Assembly: GCA_963544615.1 (NCBI GenBank)
Contig: CAUUGB010000002.1
Span: forward strand, 1-47,669
Direction of reading: 5' to 3'
DNA from: an uncultured bacterium
GTDB lineage: Bacteria > Patescibacteriota > Microgenomatia > UBA1400 > PJMF01
DNA length: 47,669 bases
The notes beneath the pieces are model-generated. The model worked only from the letters and a program-made list of their open reading frames with translations. It did not search any database and was not told the DNA's origin. The position numbers and the translations under genes are program-made. Shown here piece by piece: positions 7,107 to 16,157 of this stretch (the stretch's first letter is position 1; the number at the start of each line of letters is the position of its first letter).

Positions 7107-10100
7107 TTATTGCAGTTGCCACCTTTGTTGCCAACGCTTGTTTTTTTCGGCTAATCTTTGGGGATGAAACATCAGGACAAATAAAGCCGGCACATATAAA
7201 AGTAGTAGCACTCCAGAAAAAGTTAGTCCAGCGATAATCGATCCACCCAAGCCTTGCCACATCGGATTAGATAAGGTAATAGGCACTAAACCAATAATAG
7301 TGGTGAGGGAAGTCAGCAAGATTGGCTGGAGTCTCTCCACACTACCGTCAATAACACTTTGGGCAAAAGATTTGCCGCTGTCTAAATTTTGATTAATTCG
7401 CTCCACTATTAAAATAGAGTTGTTGACTACAATTCCAAATAAGGCCAAAATACCTACAAAAGCAGGCATTGATAAAGCAATCCCAAAGAGAGCAAAAATA
7501 ATAAAAACTCCCGAGATAGCTACAGGAATAACTGTCATAATAATAAAAGCTTTGCGGAAAGAGCGCATTTGCATTACTAAGGTAAATAAAATTAAAAATC
7601 CCGCAATTCCCATAGCAAAATAAATTTCTTGAATTGCATCCTGATTGGTTTTGCTGGCTCCTTCACTCACTGGTCGGTAACCAGAAGGCAAATTAAGTTC
7701 ATTGACAATATATTGTTGCAGTTGCTGGTTAACGCTGGTAGCTGAATAACCTTCAACTACATTCGCTTTAGCATTGACTATTCTTTGGTAATTGTTGCGA
7801 TTGATTTGTGCTAAACTAGGTTCAAGTACAAATTTACCCAAACTACCTAAAGTCACCTCACTACCAGTATTGGTAGGGATGACTAAATTAGTTAATTCAC
7901 TTAGTTGTGGATTGTCATTTTGGGTGCGCCAATTTATTTCTATTTCTTCACCATGGCGCATAATTTTGCCTAAAGTAAAACCACTGGTAACACTGCGCAG
8001 ATAACCACCAATTTGATTAAGACTCAAACCATAGGCAATTAATTGTTCTTGATTGGGAACAAAAATAATGCGCTGATTATTATCATCAACGTTATTGCTA
8101 GCCTCGCTGACACCAGGATGCTTTTTAAGCCAAGAGGTGATTTGTTGAATTTTTGCTGTTAAAACTTGCAAGTCATCACCGGCAATGCCAATGCCAATAT
8201 CAGCTTCGCCAGTAATGCTAGAATTATCGTCTAAGACACGCATTTCTCCATAGGGGTTAGTTTTCCAGCGTTCACGCAGTTGAGTGGCTATCTTAAATGA
8301 GGGCAGGGGGCGGTTTTCCTCTAAATTAATAGTAAAAAGAATTTTATTTTCATTGCTTGAAGCACTCACTAAATTAGAATTGCTGCCGCGATTAGTTTGG
8401 GCGGTAGCATAGGTAAGATATGGAGTATCGAGCAGTTGGGGAAGAACTTCTTTAGCTACTTGAGCCACTTTTTCTTTATTAGTGCCTATGGGTAAAACCA
8501 GTTGCATTTCTATTTGGTCGTCATCTTCTTTAGGAAAAAACTCATTTTTTACTTGTCCAAAAATTGGTAAAGCAAATGCGGTAAGAGTTACTACCCCAAT
8601 GGCGAATAGCAGTTTTTTGCAAGTGGGTAAATGATTGACAAATTTATTTAATAAAGTGCGGTAATAATTTTCTAAAGTGGTGGTAGTTACCCAACCTGTT
8701 TGCAGTTTGTGAGATATTTTACTGACCAAATTATTGCGAGCAAATTTAGTTTTGAGTTGTAAACGAAGAATTATAGCTACGTAAAGGAGTAACCAACTTA
8801 GAGGAATTACTAAAAATGAAAAAATATTTTTGGGTAATACCAGTAACAGTCCGCTAGAACTGCCAATAAAAAGTAAACCTAAGCATAACTTTTGCACTCT
8901 AGTAGGCAGTTGCGGTTGCAGTAGAAAAATTCCCAAAGGTAGCGTGAGTAAAAAGGCAATCAGTGCTGAACCTAAAATTGCCAAAGTTACTACAATGCTT
9001 AAGGTTTTGAAAAACACTCCCATCACTCCGCTCATAATAACAAGCGGCAAAAATGCCCACACTGTGGTGAGATTAGTAGCTAACAAAGCCATAAAAAATT
9101 CTTGCCAAACTTTAATGCCAGCAGCGAGAGGGTTTTGTTTTTGCTTGGCATATTCTCGGCTTAAGGAGGTAGCAACTACAATGGCATTATCTACCAGCAT
9201 GCCTAAAGCGAGCAGGAGTGAAAAAAGAGAAATAAAGTTTAAAGTTAACTTAAAATAAACAATGCCACTAAAAGTAAACAGCATCACTAGCGGAATGCTC
9301 ATAGTAGCAATCACTGCTTCTTTAAGACCCAAAAATAGCAACATGACTAAAAACACCAAAATAGCGGTAGTAAGCATGTTATTTTCTAATTCTGAAAAAA
9401 TATCATTGATTTCTTTGCCGTAATCAGTTAAAGATCGCAGCGTAAATTGAGGATAGTCTGCCAGCAGTTTAGTGGCAGTTTCTTTAGAAATCTTGGCATT
9501 TTTATCAATTGGGGTACCGGCAGCTTTATAAACATTAAAAGTTACCACTTCATTGATTTGCTGCTGGTTGTCAATTTGCCAAGCATTGCTCTTTTCTGGT
9601 TTATCTTGTTCATAGATTTGCGCTAATTCACCCAAGCGATATGTTTTGCCGCCAGCACTAATAATGGTGGCGCGCAAACTTTCAATATCTTTAATTTGTT
9701 TGTTAACTCCTAGTAAGTAGTCAAAACCTTGAGTTTGCACTTTTCCTAGAGGCAGATTTTCGGTTAAACTATCAATGGTGCTGGTGAGTAAAAATGGACT
9801 CAAGCTAGAGCGAGCAAGTTTTTCTCTGTCAAATACCACCGCAATTTCGCGCTCACCAAATCCTGATGTTTCCACACGGTCAATAGTGGGCAATTGTTCT
9901 AATTGTTTTTTGAGTTTTTCTGCTACTCTATCCAATCCTAAGCGATCTTGTCCTTCAATGGTGAAACTCCATACTGGCAGTTCACTAAAATCAATTTTAT
10001 TAACTGTGGGGGTTAAAGCTTGAGCAGGGAGCGAGGTAGCAGCTACTTTTTGTTGGACTTCACGTAGGGCATCATCAGCATTAATGTTTTTGCTAAAACG

Positions 10101-10385
10101 GACAATAATTAAAGACATGCCTTCAGCACTGGTAGACTCTACTTCGTCTATTTCTTTAATGCCACGAATTTTATCTTCTAAGGGAATGGTTAAAAGTTCT
10201 TCAGTATCATTGGGACTGGCTTTAGGTAGCACACAAGAAACCACAATCACGGGTAAATCAATGGTGGGCATTAATTCGCGAGAAAGAGTAAACCAAGAAT
10301 AAAGACCTAATAAAATTACCGATAAATAAGCAAAAATAATTAAGCGCTTATTGCTTAAATATTTGCTAATTAATGAGTTTGACAT
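7107..10385 (-). CDS. RND-family efflux transporter (AcrB/AcrD/AcrF-like)
   Basis: 1092 aa. The N-terminal TM helix followed by a large loop, and the repeated TM bundles, match the AcrB layout. The start codon is 3 nt downstream of the adaptor gene. Confidence 0.9.
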   Translation of the reverse strand: MSNSLISKYLSNKRLIIFAYLSVILLGLYSWFTLSRELMPTIDLPVIVVSCVLPKASPNDTEELLTIPLEDKIRGIKEIDEVESTSAEGMSLIIVRFSKNINADDALREVQQKVAATSLPAQALTPTVNKIDFSELPVWSFTIEGQDRLGLDRVAEKLKKQLEQLPTIDRVETSGFGEREIAVVFDREKLARSSLSPFLLTSTIDSLTENLPLGKVQTQGFDYLLGVNKQIKDIESLRATIISAGGKTYRLGELAQIYEQDKPEKSNAWQIDNQQQINEVVTFNVYKAAGTPIDKNAKISKETATKLLADYPQFTLRSLTDYGKEINDIFSELENNMLTTAILVFLVMLLFLGLKEAVIATMSIPLVMLFTFSGIVYFKLTLNFISLFSLLLALGMLVDNAIVVATSLSREYAKQKQNPLAAGIKVWQEFFMALLATNLTTVWAFLPLVIMSGVMGVFFKTLSIVVTLAILGSALIAFLLTLPLGIFLLQPQLPTRVQKLCLGLLFIGSSSGLLLVLPKNIFSFLVIPLSWLLLYVAIILRLQLKTKFARNNLVSKISHKLQTGWVTTTTLENYYRTLLNKFVNHLPTCKKLLFAIGVVTLTAFALPIFGQVKNEFFPKEDDDQIEMQLVLPIGTNKEKVAQVAKEVLPQLLDTPYLTYATAQTNRGSNSNLVSASSNENKILFTINLEENRPLPSFKIATQLRERWKTNPYGEMRVLDDNSSITGEADIGIGIAGDDLQVLTAKIQQITSWLKKHPGVSEASNNVDDNNQRIIFVPNQEQLIAYGLSLNQIGGYLRSVTSGFTLGKIMRHGEEIEINWRTQNDNPQLSELTNLVIPTNTGSEVTLGSLGKFVLEPSLAQINRNNYQRIVNAKANVVEGYSATSVNQQLQQYIVNELNLPSGYRPVSEGASKTNQDAIQEIYFAMGIAGFLILFTLVMQMRSFRKAFIIMTVIPVAISGVFIIFALFGIALSMPAFVGILALFGIVVNNSILIVERINQNLDSGKSFAQSVIDGSVERLQPILLTSLTTIIGLVPITLSNPMWQGLGGSIIAGLTFSGVLLLLYVPALFVLMFHPQRLAEKNKRWQQRWQLQ

Positions 10386-10388
10386 CGC

Positions 10389-11630
10389 TTACTCCAAGCT
10401 AATTTTTTCACCATCTAGCAAGAGATTATTTAAGATTACCCGGTCGCTTGCTTCTAAACCTGCTTTAACAATTACAGCGTCACCAATAATCTCTCCTAAT
10501 TCAATTTGTTTCTGCTTGGCAATCAACTCACCTTGTTGGTTTTGTCCCACCACATAAAGGTAACTTTTATCATGAGATTGATAAATACATTTTAGCGGCA
10601 GCAGTTGCTGTCCGGGGGTATTTAGCAAAGGCAGATAAATTTTAAGTCTGGCGTTGTGAGCTAGTTGAAGAGCAATATCTGGTGCCACACTAAAAGTTAA
10701 TTGATAAGTGTTTTCTTGTTTGGGCGCATAAGAGATATAATCAAAAGTAGCCGGATAGCGCTGCGTGCCAAGTTCAAAAGTGGCCGGTTGTTGCGGATTA
10801 AGATAGCGAATAACATTTTCGCTGGTAATAAGCTCTAGTTTAACTTCATCTTTTTCGGCTTTAACAATGGCCACTACTTGTCCTGGATTGACAGTTTGCC
10901 CTTGGTGAACAGTAATTTTTTCTACCACCCCTTTAACCGGTGAACTCGGGCGCATTAAGCCAGCGGTAATGCTAGCCAATTTAAGATTAAGTTCAGCGCT
11001 ATCTAAGCCTAATTGCTGCTGTCTTTTACTCATCTCTTCTTGAAGAGTTTGCAGTTGAGAGTTTTGTTGACCAGAGTAGGCAGTGTAAGCATCACCATTG
11101 CCACCATAACCAGAGCGGGTAGGATTGGTTTCCCAACGAGTTACCCAAGCAGTGTTTTGGTTAAGCTCACTGTTAATTTCGTTAATTTCGCTTTGATTCC
11201 AATAATTAGCATGAGTCGCCAACCATTGTTTTTGGGCTAATTCCAGTTGCACAGCGGGAATATTATGACCTTGGTAGGTGCTAGATAATTGTACTAAGGC
11301 GCCACCTTTGGTAATTTTTTCACCTTCTTTAGCGCGGACATGCTGAACCACTCCTGCTTGTTGAGCACTAATTTCTAAAACACCGCGATGATTAACTTTA
11401 GCCACTGTTTCTAATTGATGACTGCCGGGTTGATAAACACTCACCAGAGTGGGTTTACTGGTGGTTTGTTTATCACCGGCGAGTTTACTTTCTCGATAAT
11501 AGTTACTAAGTAAAATTAAAGCGAGCAAAATTGCTAAGCTAAGATAAAAAATTAGCCAAGATTTACCAATCACTAACTGACGTAAACCTCTAAGCATATT
11601 TTTAATTAAATTAATTATTTTATTTAGCAT
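10389..11630 (-). CDS. membrane-fusion (HlyD/RND adaptor) family protein
   Basis: N-terminal TM anchor, a Gln-rich coiled-coil hairpin region, and C-terminal beta-rich domains. Positioned immediately upstream of the RND pump. SD AAGGAA and an extended -10 (TGATATAAT, 11687..11695 minus). Confidence 0.75.
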   Translation of the reverse strand: MLNKIINLIKNMLRGLRQLVIGKSWLIFYLSLAILLALILLSNYYRESKLAGDKQTTSKPTLVSVYQPGSHQLETVAKVNHRGVLEISAQQAGVVQHVRAKEGEKITKGGALVQLSSTYQGHNIPAVQLELAQKQWLATHANYWNQSEINEINSELNQNTAWVTRWETNPTRSGYGGNGDAYTAYSGQQNSQLQTLQEEMSKRQQQLGLDSAELNLKLASITAGLMRPSSPVKGVVEKITVHQGQTVNPGQVVAIVKAEKDEVKLELITSENVIRYLNPQQPATFELGTQRYPATFDYISYAPKQENTYQLTFSVAPDIALQLAHNARLKIYLPLLNTPGQQLLPLKCIYQSHDKSYLYVVGQNQQGELIAKQKQIELGEIIGDAVIVKAGLEASDRVILNNLLLDGEKISLE

Positions 11631-11798
11631 TAAATTCCTTAAAAAATGGACTTGTAGCTGCTATTTGTGGGAAAGTAAAAGAGAATATTATATCACAATA
11701 AAGTGTTTAGTAAATAGTTTCGCGTATTGTGACAGATACATATTGAACACCGATGAGCATAAACACGCTAGAATGGTCAATACCAGTGAAGTTTCTAC

Positions 11799-12458
11799 CT
11801 AAATACTAAGAAAAGCACTCACTACCGATATGGTGTTGACTATCACATCAAACGGTACCAATAAAAAATCATCACCACTTACTATTCTCATCATCACTAT
11901 CACTATTATGATAGTTAGTGGTATCACCATGATTACTGCTACCACTGTGCTCGCCAGCATTAAAGCAGAAATTGGCTGGCGATATTTAGTTATCATTGCT
12001 ATTTGATAACACACATGCCCTACACCCGTTAATAGTAAAGCTAAAGCAAAAACTATCAACGCTGCCGCCATTTCTGCCACAATAATAAGAGCATCAAAAC
12101 CTTCATAATGATTATAAGTAATTTCTAAATAAATTGCTCCCACCACGGGTAATATACTTACCAAGGTAATCACATAAAGGGGGATATCAGTATCTTTGAG
12201 TTGACGATAAACCCGGCGAATAATCATAAAAGCCAGCGGAATAGCTATGGGGATTAACCCCAGGGAAAACTCCCCTAACCACCCCATCAAGAAATTAGCT
12301 AAAATAAAAGCTAACAATAGCGCAATGGTGATTAAGAGCATTAATAAGCTAATTTTTCTGACAAGCAAAAACCGTCTCAATAAATTATCTGTGCCTTTAT
12401 TTAAAATATGACTCTTTTGCTTGGAAGCAAGAGTGGTGAGAGATGATTTTTTCGTCAC
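11799..12458 (-). CDS. hypothetical polytopic membrane protein
   Basis: GTG start and 5-6 hydrophobic helices. No family recognised. Confidence 0.5.
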   Translation of the reverse strand: MTKKSSLTTLASKQKSHILNKGTDNLLRRFLLVRKISLLMLLITIALLLAFILANFLMGWLGEFSLGLIPIAIPLAFMIIRRVYRQLKDTDIPLYVITLVSILPVVGAIYLEITYNHYEGFDALIIVAEMAAALIVFALALLLTGVGHVCYQIAMITKYRQPISALMLASTVVAVIMVIPLTIIIVIVMMRIVSGDDFLLVPFDVIVNTISVVSAFLSI

Positions 12459-12583
12459 CCTGTTATTTTATAAAAAAAAGTTGATAAAAGCAATATTTTG
12501 CATAACCTCACTGTAATTTTTGACTTTGATATCTATTCCTTTATAATGAACAACTACTAATAGCTAATAGGAAAGTTTTATAG

Positions 12584-13438
12584 ATGAATAAATCTGGCCT
12601 CTCTTTTTTTTATGTTTTATCTGGAGCCGCTGTGCTCTCATTAGTGGGGATTTTTTTTCTTTGTCGCTCTCGTTTGGGTGGTTTGCCCCATCAAGCTACT
12701 GGATCGCAGGAGCAAATTGCAGACTTGCCAAAAAAAGCTCCCCAATCTCAACAAACTGAGGTGCAAACACCTAACTTATCCGCACCAAATACTCAAGCTC
12801 AACCTCAAGATACGTCGGCAATCGCTGATTTTTATGATATCTCACCACCTAATGAAGATATTATTTTAGAGGCATCAGCACAACAAGTAAGTCCTGGCGA
12901 CACTGTCCATATTAGAGCTAGAGCTAAAAATGACCAAGTTTTAACTGAGGTTAGTTTTGTGCCTGTTGGTGATGGCACTGCTATTAGTAATGATAATTAC
13001 CAATTAGATGCCGATGGGCTAGGATTTAAGGTGACCATACCTGCAAATTTTACTGGGGTACAAGAGTTTGGCGCCGTGGGACTGATTAATGGTGAAGTAG
13101 CTATATCTAACAAGCTGGCAATTGTTTCTAGTCCTGAGCCCAATCAACCGATTGCTTATATTAGTTTTTATGGCTTTAATGGACCGACAGCTTCCTTTCT
13201 TCAAGGAGCAGAAATTCCCTTAATGGTGCGCGGTTGTAATGGCAGTAGCCAATGCTACGATATTTCCCATCATCAATTGGGTACCACTTATAGTGTTAGC
13301 GATCCTGCTATTGGTAAAATCTCTCCAGATGGCATGTTTGAAGCACTTTCTCCTGGTGTAGTAACAGTAACTGCTTACTATAAACACTTTAGTGCCAACA
13401 TGGAAATTACCGTGAGACCTGAAATGACATTGCCGTGA
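12584..13438 (+). CDS. membrane-anchored or secreted protein with C-terminal bacterial Ig-like (Big_2-like) domain
   Basis: N-terminal signal anchor, a Gln/Pro-rich linker, and a C-terminal VSDPAIGKISPDGMFEALSPGVVTVTAYY motif typical of Big_2. Promoter TTGACT-17-TATAAT upstream, with SD AGGAAAG. Confidence 0.6.
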   Translation: MNKSGLSFFYVLSGAAVLSLVGIFFLCRSRLGGLPHQATGSQEQIADLPKKAPQSQQTEVQTPNLSAPNTQAQPQDTSAIADFYDISPPNEDIILEASAQQVSPGDTVHIRARAKNDQVLTEVSFVPVGDGTAISNDNYQLDADGLGFKVTIPANFTGVQEFGAVGLINGEVAISNKLAIVSSPEPNQPIAYISFYGFNGPTASFLQGAEIPLMVRGCNGSSQCYDISHHQLGTTYSVSDPAIGKISPDGMFEALSPGVVTVTAYYKHFSANMEITVRPEMTLP

Positions 13439-13646
13439 AGTTTCAAGACATTATTAGTTCATGTTTACTTTTTATGGTCAGAGATAGTGTGATCTAGGAT
13501 GAGAAATATCGCTAGATTTCATCATCATCTTGCCACCAACTACTAGCTCTCTTGCCTACTGGTAGTCAAATCTCCCTAAGCTCTTGGTTTCGCTTTAACT
13601 AATAGAAATATAGGCGAATGACTATATATTTAAGGACACAAAAACT

Positions 13647-14972
13647 TCAAGAATGTTTCAATTTGAGAGCAGCAAATTTTTTTTGCATAGTCGGGTTAGC
13701 ACGCACTAATTTTTTAATAGTTAAATCTGCGGCTTTATTATTTGCCAAGCGCAAATTATTTTCTGAGGAAAGTAGTGCTTCTTTGGTTTTTTGTAAATGG
13801 CCAATAGTTTTGTCTATTTCCTCTATAGCAGTTTTAAATCTGTTGCTCGCAATTTGATAATTTTTGGCAAAAGCTTTCTTAAAAGAGAGCATATTTTCTT
13901 CAAAAGAAGTAATATCTAAATTTTGAGCTTTAATAAGAGCTAATTCCTTTTTGTATTGTAAAGATTTACTAGCAGCATTGCGTAAAATGCTAATTAGCGG
14001 GATAAAAAATTGCGGTCTAATAACGTACATTTTTTCAAAACGATAAGAAACATCAACAATGCCGGTGTTATAAAGCTCATTGTCAGTTTCTAGTAAAGAA
14101 ACTAAAACCGCGTATTCACAATTTTTTTCTCTACGGTCTTTATCTAATTCTTTCAAGAAATCTTCATTTTTTCTTTTGCAGGCAGTTTGATTGTTTTCAT
14201 TTTTCATCTCAAACATAATGCTGACTAACTCTAAATTTTGTTCATCATATTCGCGAAAAATATAATCTCCTTTACTACCAGTACGCGCATCGTTGTCTTT
14301 TTGAAAATAAGCGTGAGGAAAAGCAGTGGCACGCAGTTTATTAAATTCAATTTCGCAGTGTTGTTCTAAGCTTTCCCCCAACATTTTGGTGGAAAGCTTA
14401 GTTTTTAAGTCCTGATAATATGCAATCAAATCATCTTTGTTTTTGAGTTCCTGCTGAAATTTTTCTTTGAGTAAATTTTGGGCTAATTGTGCTTGAGCAC
14501 TGTTTTGTTCCAGTTGATGTTGCAATTGACTGCATTGTTTTTCAATTTGTTTTACCGATTGACTAATGGCAAGTTTTTTCTCGGCTTCACTGGTAGCTAA
14601 TTTGGCTTGCAATTTAACAATTTCATTATCTTTAGCTGCTAAATTTTTTTGCCAATTACTAGTTGCTTGAGCTTGGGCAAGTTGAATTGCTGCCTCTTTT
14701 TCTTTCTTGAGAGTGGCGATTTGACTAAGATATTGTTGTTGGTGTAATTGCTCTTCTAGTTGACTTTTTTCTTTTAGAGCTTGGGTAGCTTTAAGCAGTT
14801 TGGCATTAAAAGCCTGTTTTTTAATTGAAGCCACCACGCTTTTAATGGTGCTTTTGTCAATATCAATTTCGTGTAAACTATTTAAATCAATTAGATCGCC
14901 CTTAGCGCCGTCTTCTTGCAGTTGGAGCGTGTTTTCATCACGAATACTAACTTTTAGTTTTTTGCCCCTCAT
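13647..14972 (-). CDS. DUF2130-like protein (long coiled coil plus C-terminal PD-(D/E)xK-like domain)
   Basis: The N-terminal half is a Gln/Lys/Glu coiled coil. The C-terminal block ([38 protein letters not shown]) matches my recollection of DUF2130 proteins. The ATG lies 16 nt downstream of tRNA-Ser. Confidence 0.6.
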   Translation of the reverse strand: MRGKKLKVSIRDENTLQLQEDGAKGDLIDLNSLHEIDIDKSTIKSVVASIKKQAFNAKLLKATQALKEKSQLEEQLHQQQYLSQIATLKKEKEAAIQLAQAQATSNWQKNLAAKDNEIVKLQAKLATSEAEKKLAISQSVKQIEKQCSQLQHQLEQNSAQAQLAQNLLKEKFQQELKNKDDLIAYYQDLKTKLSTKMLGESLEQHCEIEFNKLRATAFPHAYFQKDNDARTGSKGDYIFREYDEQNLELVSIMFEMKNENNQTACKRKNEDFLKELDKDRREKNCEYAVLVSLLETDNELYNTGIVDVSYRFEKMYVIRPQFFIPLISILRNAASKSLQYKKELALIKAQNLDITSFEENMLSFKKAFAKNYQIASNRFKTAIEEIDKTIGHLQKTKEALLSSENNLRLANNKAADLTIKKLVRANPTMQKKFAALKLKHS

Positions 14973-14988
14973 AATTTTAGTGCTCTAG

Positions 14989-15074
14989 CGGAGGTAGTGG
15001 GAGTCGAACCCACGAAGCCGTTGCCGGACTCACGCTTTCCAAGCGTGTGCAATTGACCACTATGCGATACCTCC
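14989..15074 (-). tRNA. tRNA-Ser (GGA)
   Basis: Acceptor GGAGGTA/TACCTCC, anticodon stem CACGC/GCGTG with loop TTGGAAA, a long variable arm, and T arm GTGGG-TTCGACT-CCCAC. Discriminator G. CCA is not encoded. Confidence 0.93.
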
Positions 15075-15190
15075 CAAAATGTGTGCGCATTATCAATACC
15101 AATCTTATTATAGCGTATAAATGTTGTTTTTTAACGCCTCAAGAAAGTGAAAATTAGGATAAATAAAATCTTATCGGTTATAATATCAAC

Positions 15191-15907
15191 ATGCTGAGAA
15201 TATTTTTGGCCAGTTTTTGGGTTTTCTCTTGCAGTCTGTTACTGCTGACTGTCACCACCTTTTATGCTAATGCTTTTGTCCCAGATAATTGGCAAGCATT
15301 AACAACTAAATTTCATCCTCAAACTCCTCAAGTTAGCCAAACTATTGAGACTGGTGAGACAAATCTTCAAGAGGAGTTGCCACCAGAGACTAATTTAGCC
15401 CAAACAGCTGACGCCCGGGCTCATTTGGTGGCAAATTTTATTGCTCGAAATGATCATGGCAAAAATTCTCCTCTGCAACCATATGCAGAGTGGGGAGTTA
15501 AATTTGTGGAAATTGCTGATGAATTTGGGATAGATTTTCGGCTCCTGCCAGCCATTGCTAGAAAAGAGAGTACTTTTTGTAAAAGCAATATTGCCCGTAA
15601 ATATTACAATTGTTTTGGTTTTGGGGTGCCTGCTAGTGGGATTACCGAGGCGGGTAAATTTAGCTCTTTTGAAGAGGGTGCTAGGGCGGTGGCGGCGGCA
15701 CTCAAGCGCAATTATTTGGATAAAGGCTTAACTGACCCAGAGGCAATTATGAATAAGTATTGTCCGCCTTCAAATGGTGCTTGGGCCAGCGACCTTAATA
15801 AATGGTTAGCGGAAATGCGCTATGACCAGAAAGGCGTTGTTGATACACAAATTAAGAATGCCAATTTAGAGGAATTTGTCTCTAGTAGTGCCGCTCAAGA
15901 GTTGTAG
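15191..15907 (+). CDS. secreted peptidoglycan hydrolase-like protein (GH73 glucosaminidase-like)
   Basis: Signal peptide, plus AIARKESTFCKSNIARKYYNCFGFG, which resembles the GH73 ES...NN(L)FG catalytic region. TATAAT lies 6 nt upstream of the ATG. Confidence 0.45.
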   Translation: MLRIFLASFWVFSCSLLLLTVTTFYANAFVPDNWQALTTKFHPQTPQVSQTIETGETNLQEELPPETNLAQTADARAHLVANFIARNDHGKNSPLQPYAEWGVKFVEIADEFGIDFRLLPAIARKESTFCKSNIARKYYNCFGFGVPASGITEAGKFSSFEEGARAVAAALKRNYLDKGLTDPEAIMNKYCPPSNGAWASDLNKWLAEMRYDQKGVVDTQIKNANLEEFVSSSAAQEL

Positions 15908-15941
15908 TTAAAGATAGAGTTTGTTAGCTTTACAACATATA

Positions 15942-15969
15942 TTGACACCATAATAATTTGTGTTATAAT
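15942..15969 (+). promoter_or_regulatory. near-consensus sigma70-type promoter (TTGACA-16 nt-TGtTATAAT)
   Basis: TTGACA at 15942..15947 and TATAAT at 15964..15969, preceded by a TGn extended -10. Confidence 0.6.
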
Positions 15970-15975
15970 ACACTT

Positions 15976-16051
15976 ACCTAGGAAGGTCTTGCTCCTCACC
16001 GGGCTTGTACGTTCCTAGACTAAAGCTTCGCACCAGCGGGTGCGAATTTTT
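15976..16051 (+). ncRNA. candidate small RNA or attenuator leader (promoter, hairpin, terminator)
   Basis: Stem CTAGGAA (15978..15984) pairs with TTCCTAG (16012..16018). A terminator hairpin CGCACC/GGTGCG (16029..16044) follows, then aaTTTTT. No Rfam family recognised by eye. Confidence 0.35.
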
Positions 16052-16057
16052 ATAGCT

Positions 16058-16135
16058 ATGAGCAATAAGCCAGTAATCATTTTCTTGGTAGTTTTAGTTT
16101 TACTCTTGATTTGTATTTCACCAGTTAGGGCGTAG
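16058..16135 (+). CDS. possible 25-aa hydrophobic peptide (MSNKPVIIFLVVLVLLLICISPVRA)
   Basis: Hand-translated ATG..TAG ORF lying between the terminator and the acyltransferase promoter. It has a single TM-like core and no obvious SD. Confidence 0.2.
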   Translation: MSNKPVIIFLVVLVLLLICISPVRA

Positions 16136-16157
16136 GGTTTTCGGTTATAATGCCCTT

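Noticed and set aside
7420-10557. Several 60-140 aa ORFs on the plus strand inside the RND and MFP genes (7420..7623, 7792..8004, 8830..9258, 9775..10023, 10084..10302, 10351..10557).
   Set aside because: They are antisense to a long, well-supported RND/MFP coding region. They have low-complexity translations, no promoter or RBS, and no recognisable motifs. They are typical shadow ORFs.
11799-15074. Genomic island integrated at the 3' end of tRNA-Ser (DUF2130, Big_2 protein, membrane protein).
   Set aside because: By eye I found no direct repeat of the tRNA-Ser 3' half further left. There is no integrase in the segment, and the composition is not obviously different from the surroundings.
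15976-16051. SRP (4.5S) RNA or 6S RNA identity for the promoter-terminator RNA.
   Set aside because: It has no GGAA-tetraloop domain IV motif with the flanking conserved AGCA/GGUCC-type loops, and it is far too short for 6S. I left it as an unclassified candidate.
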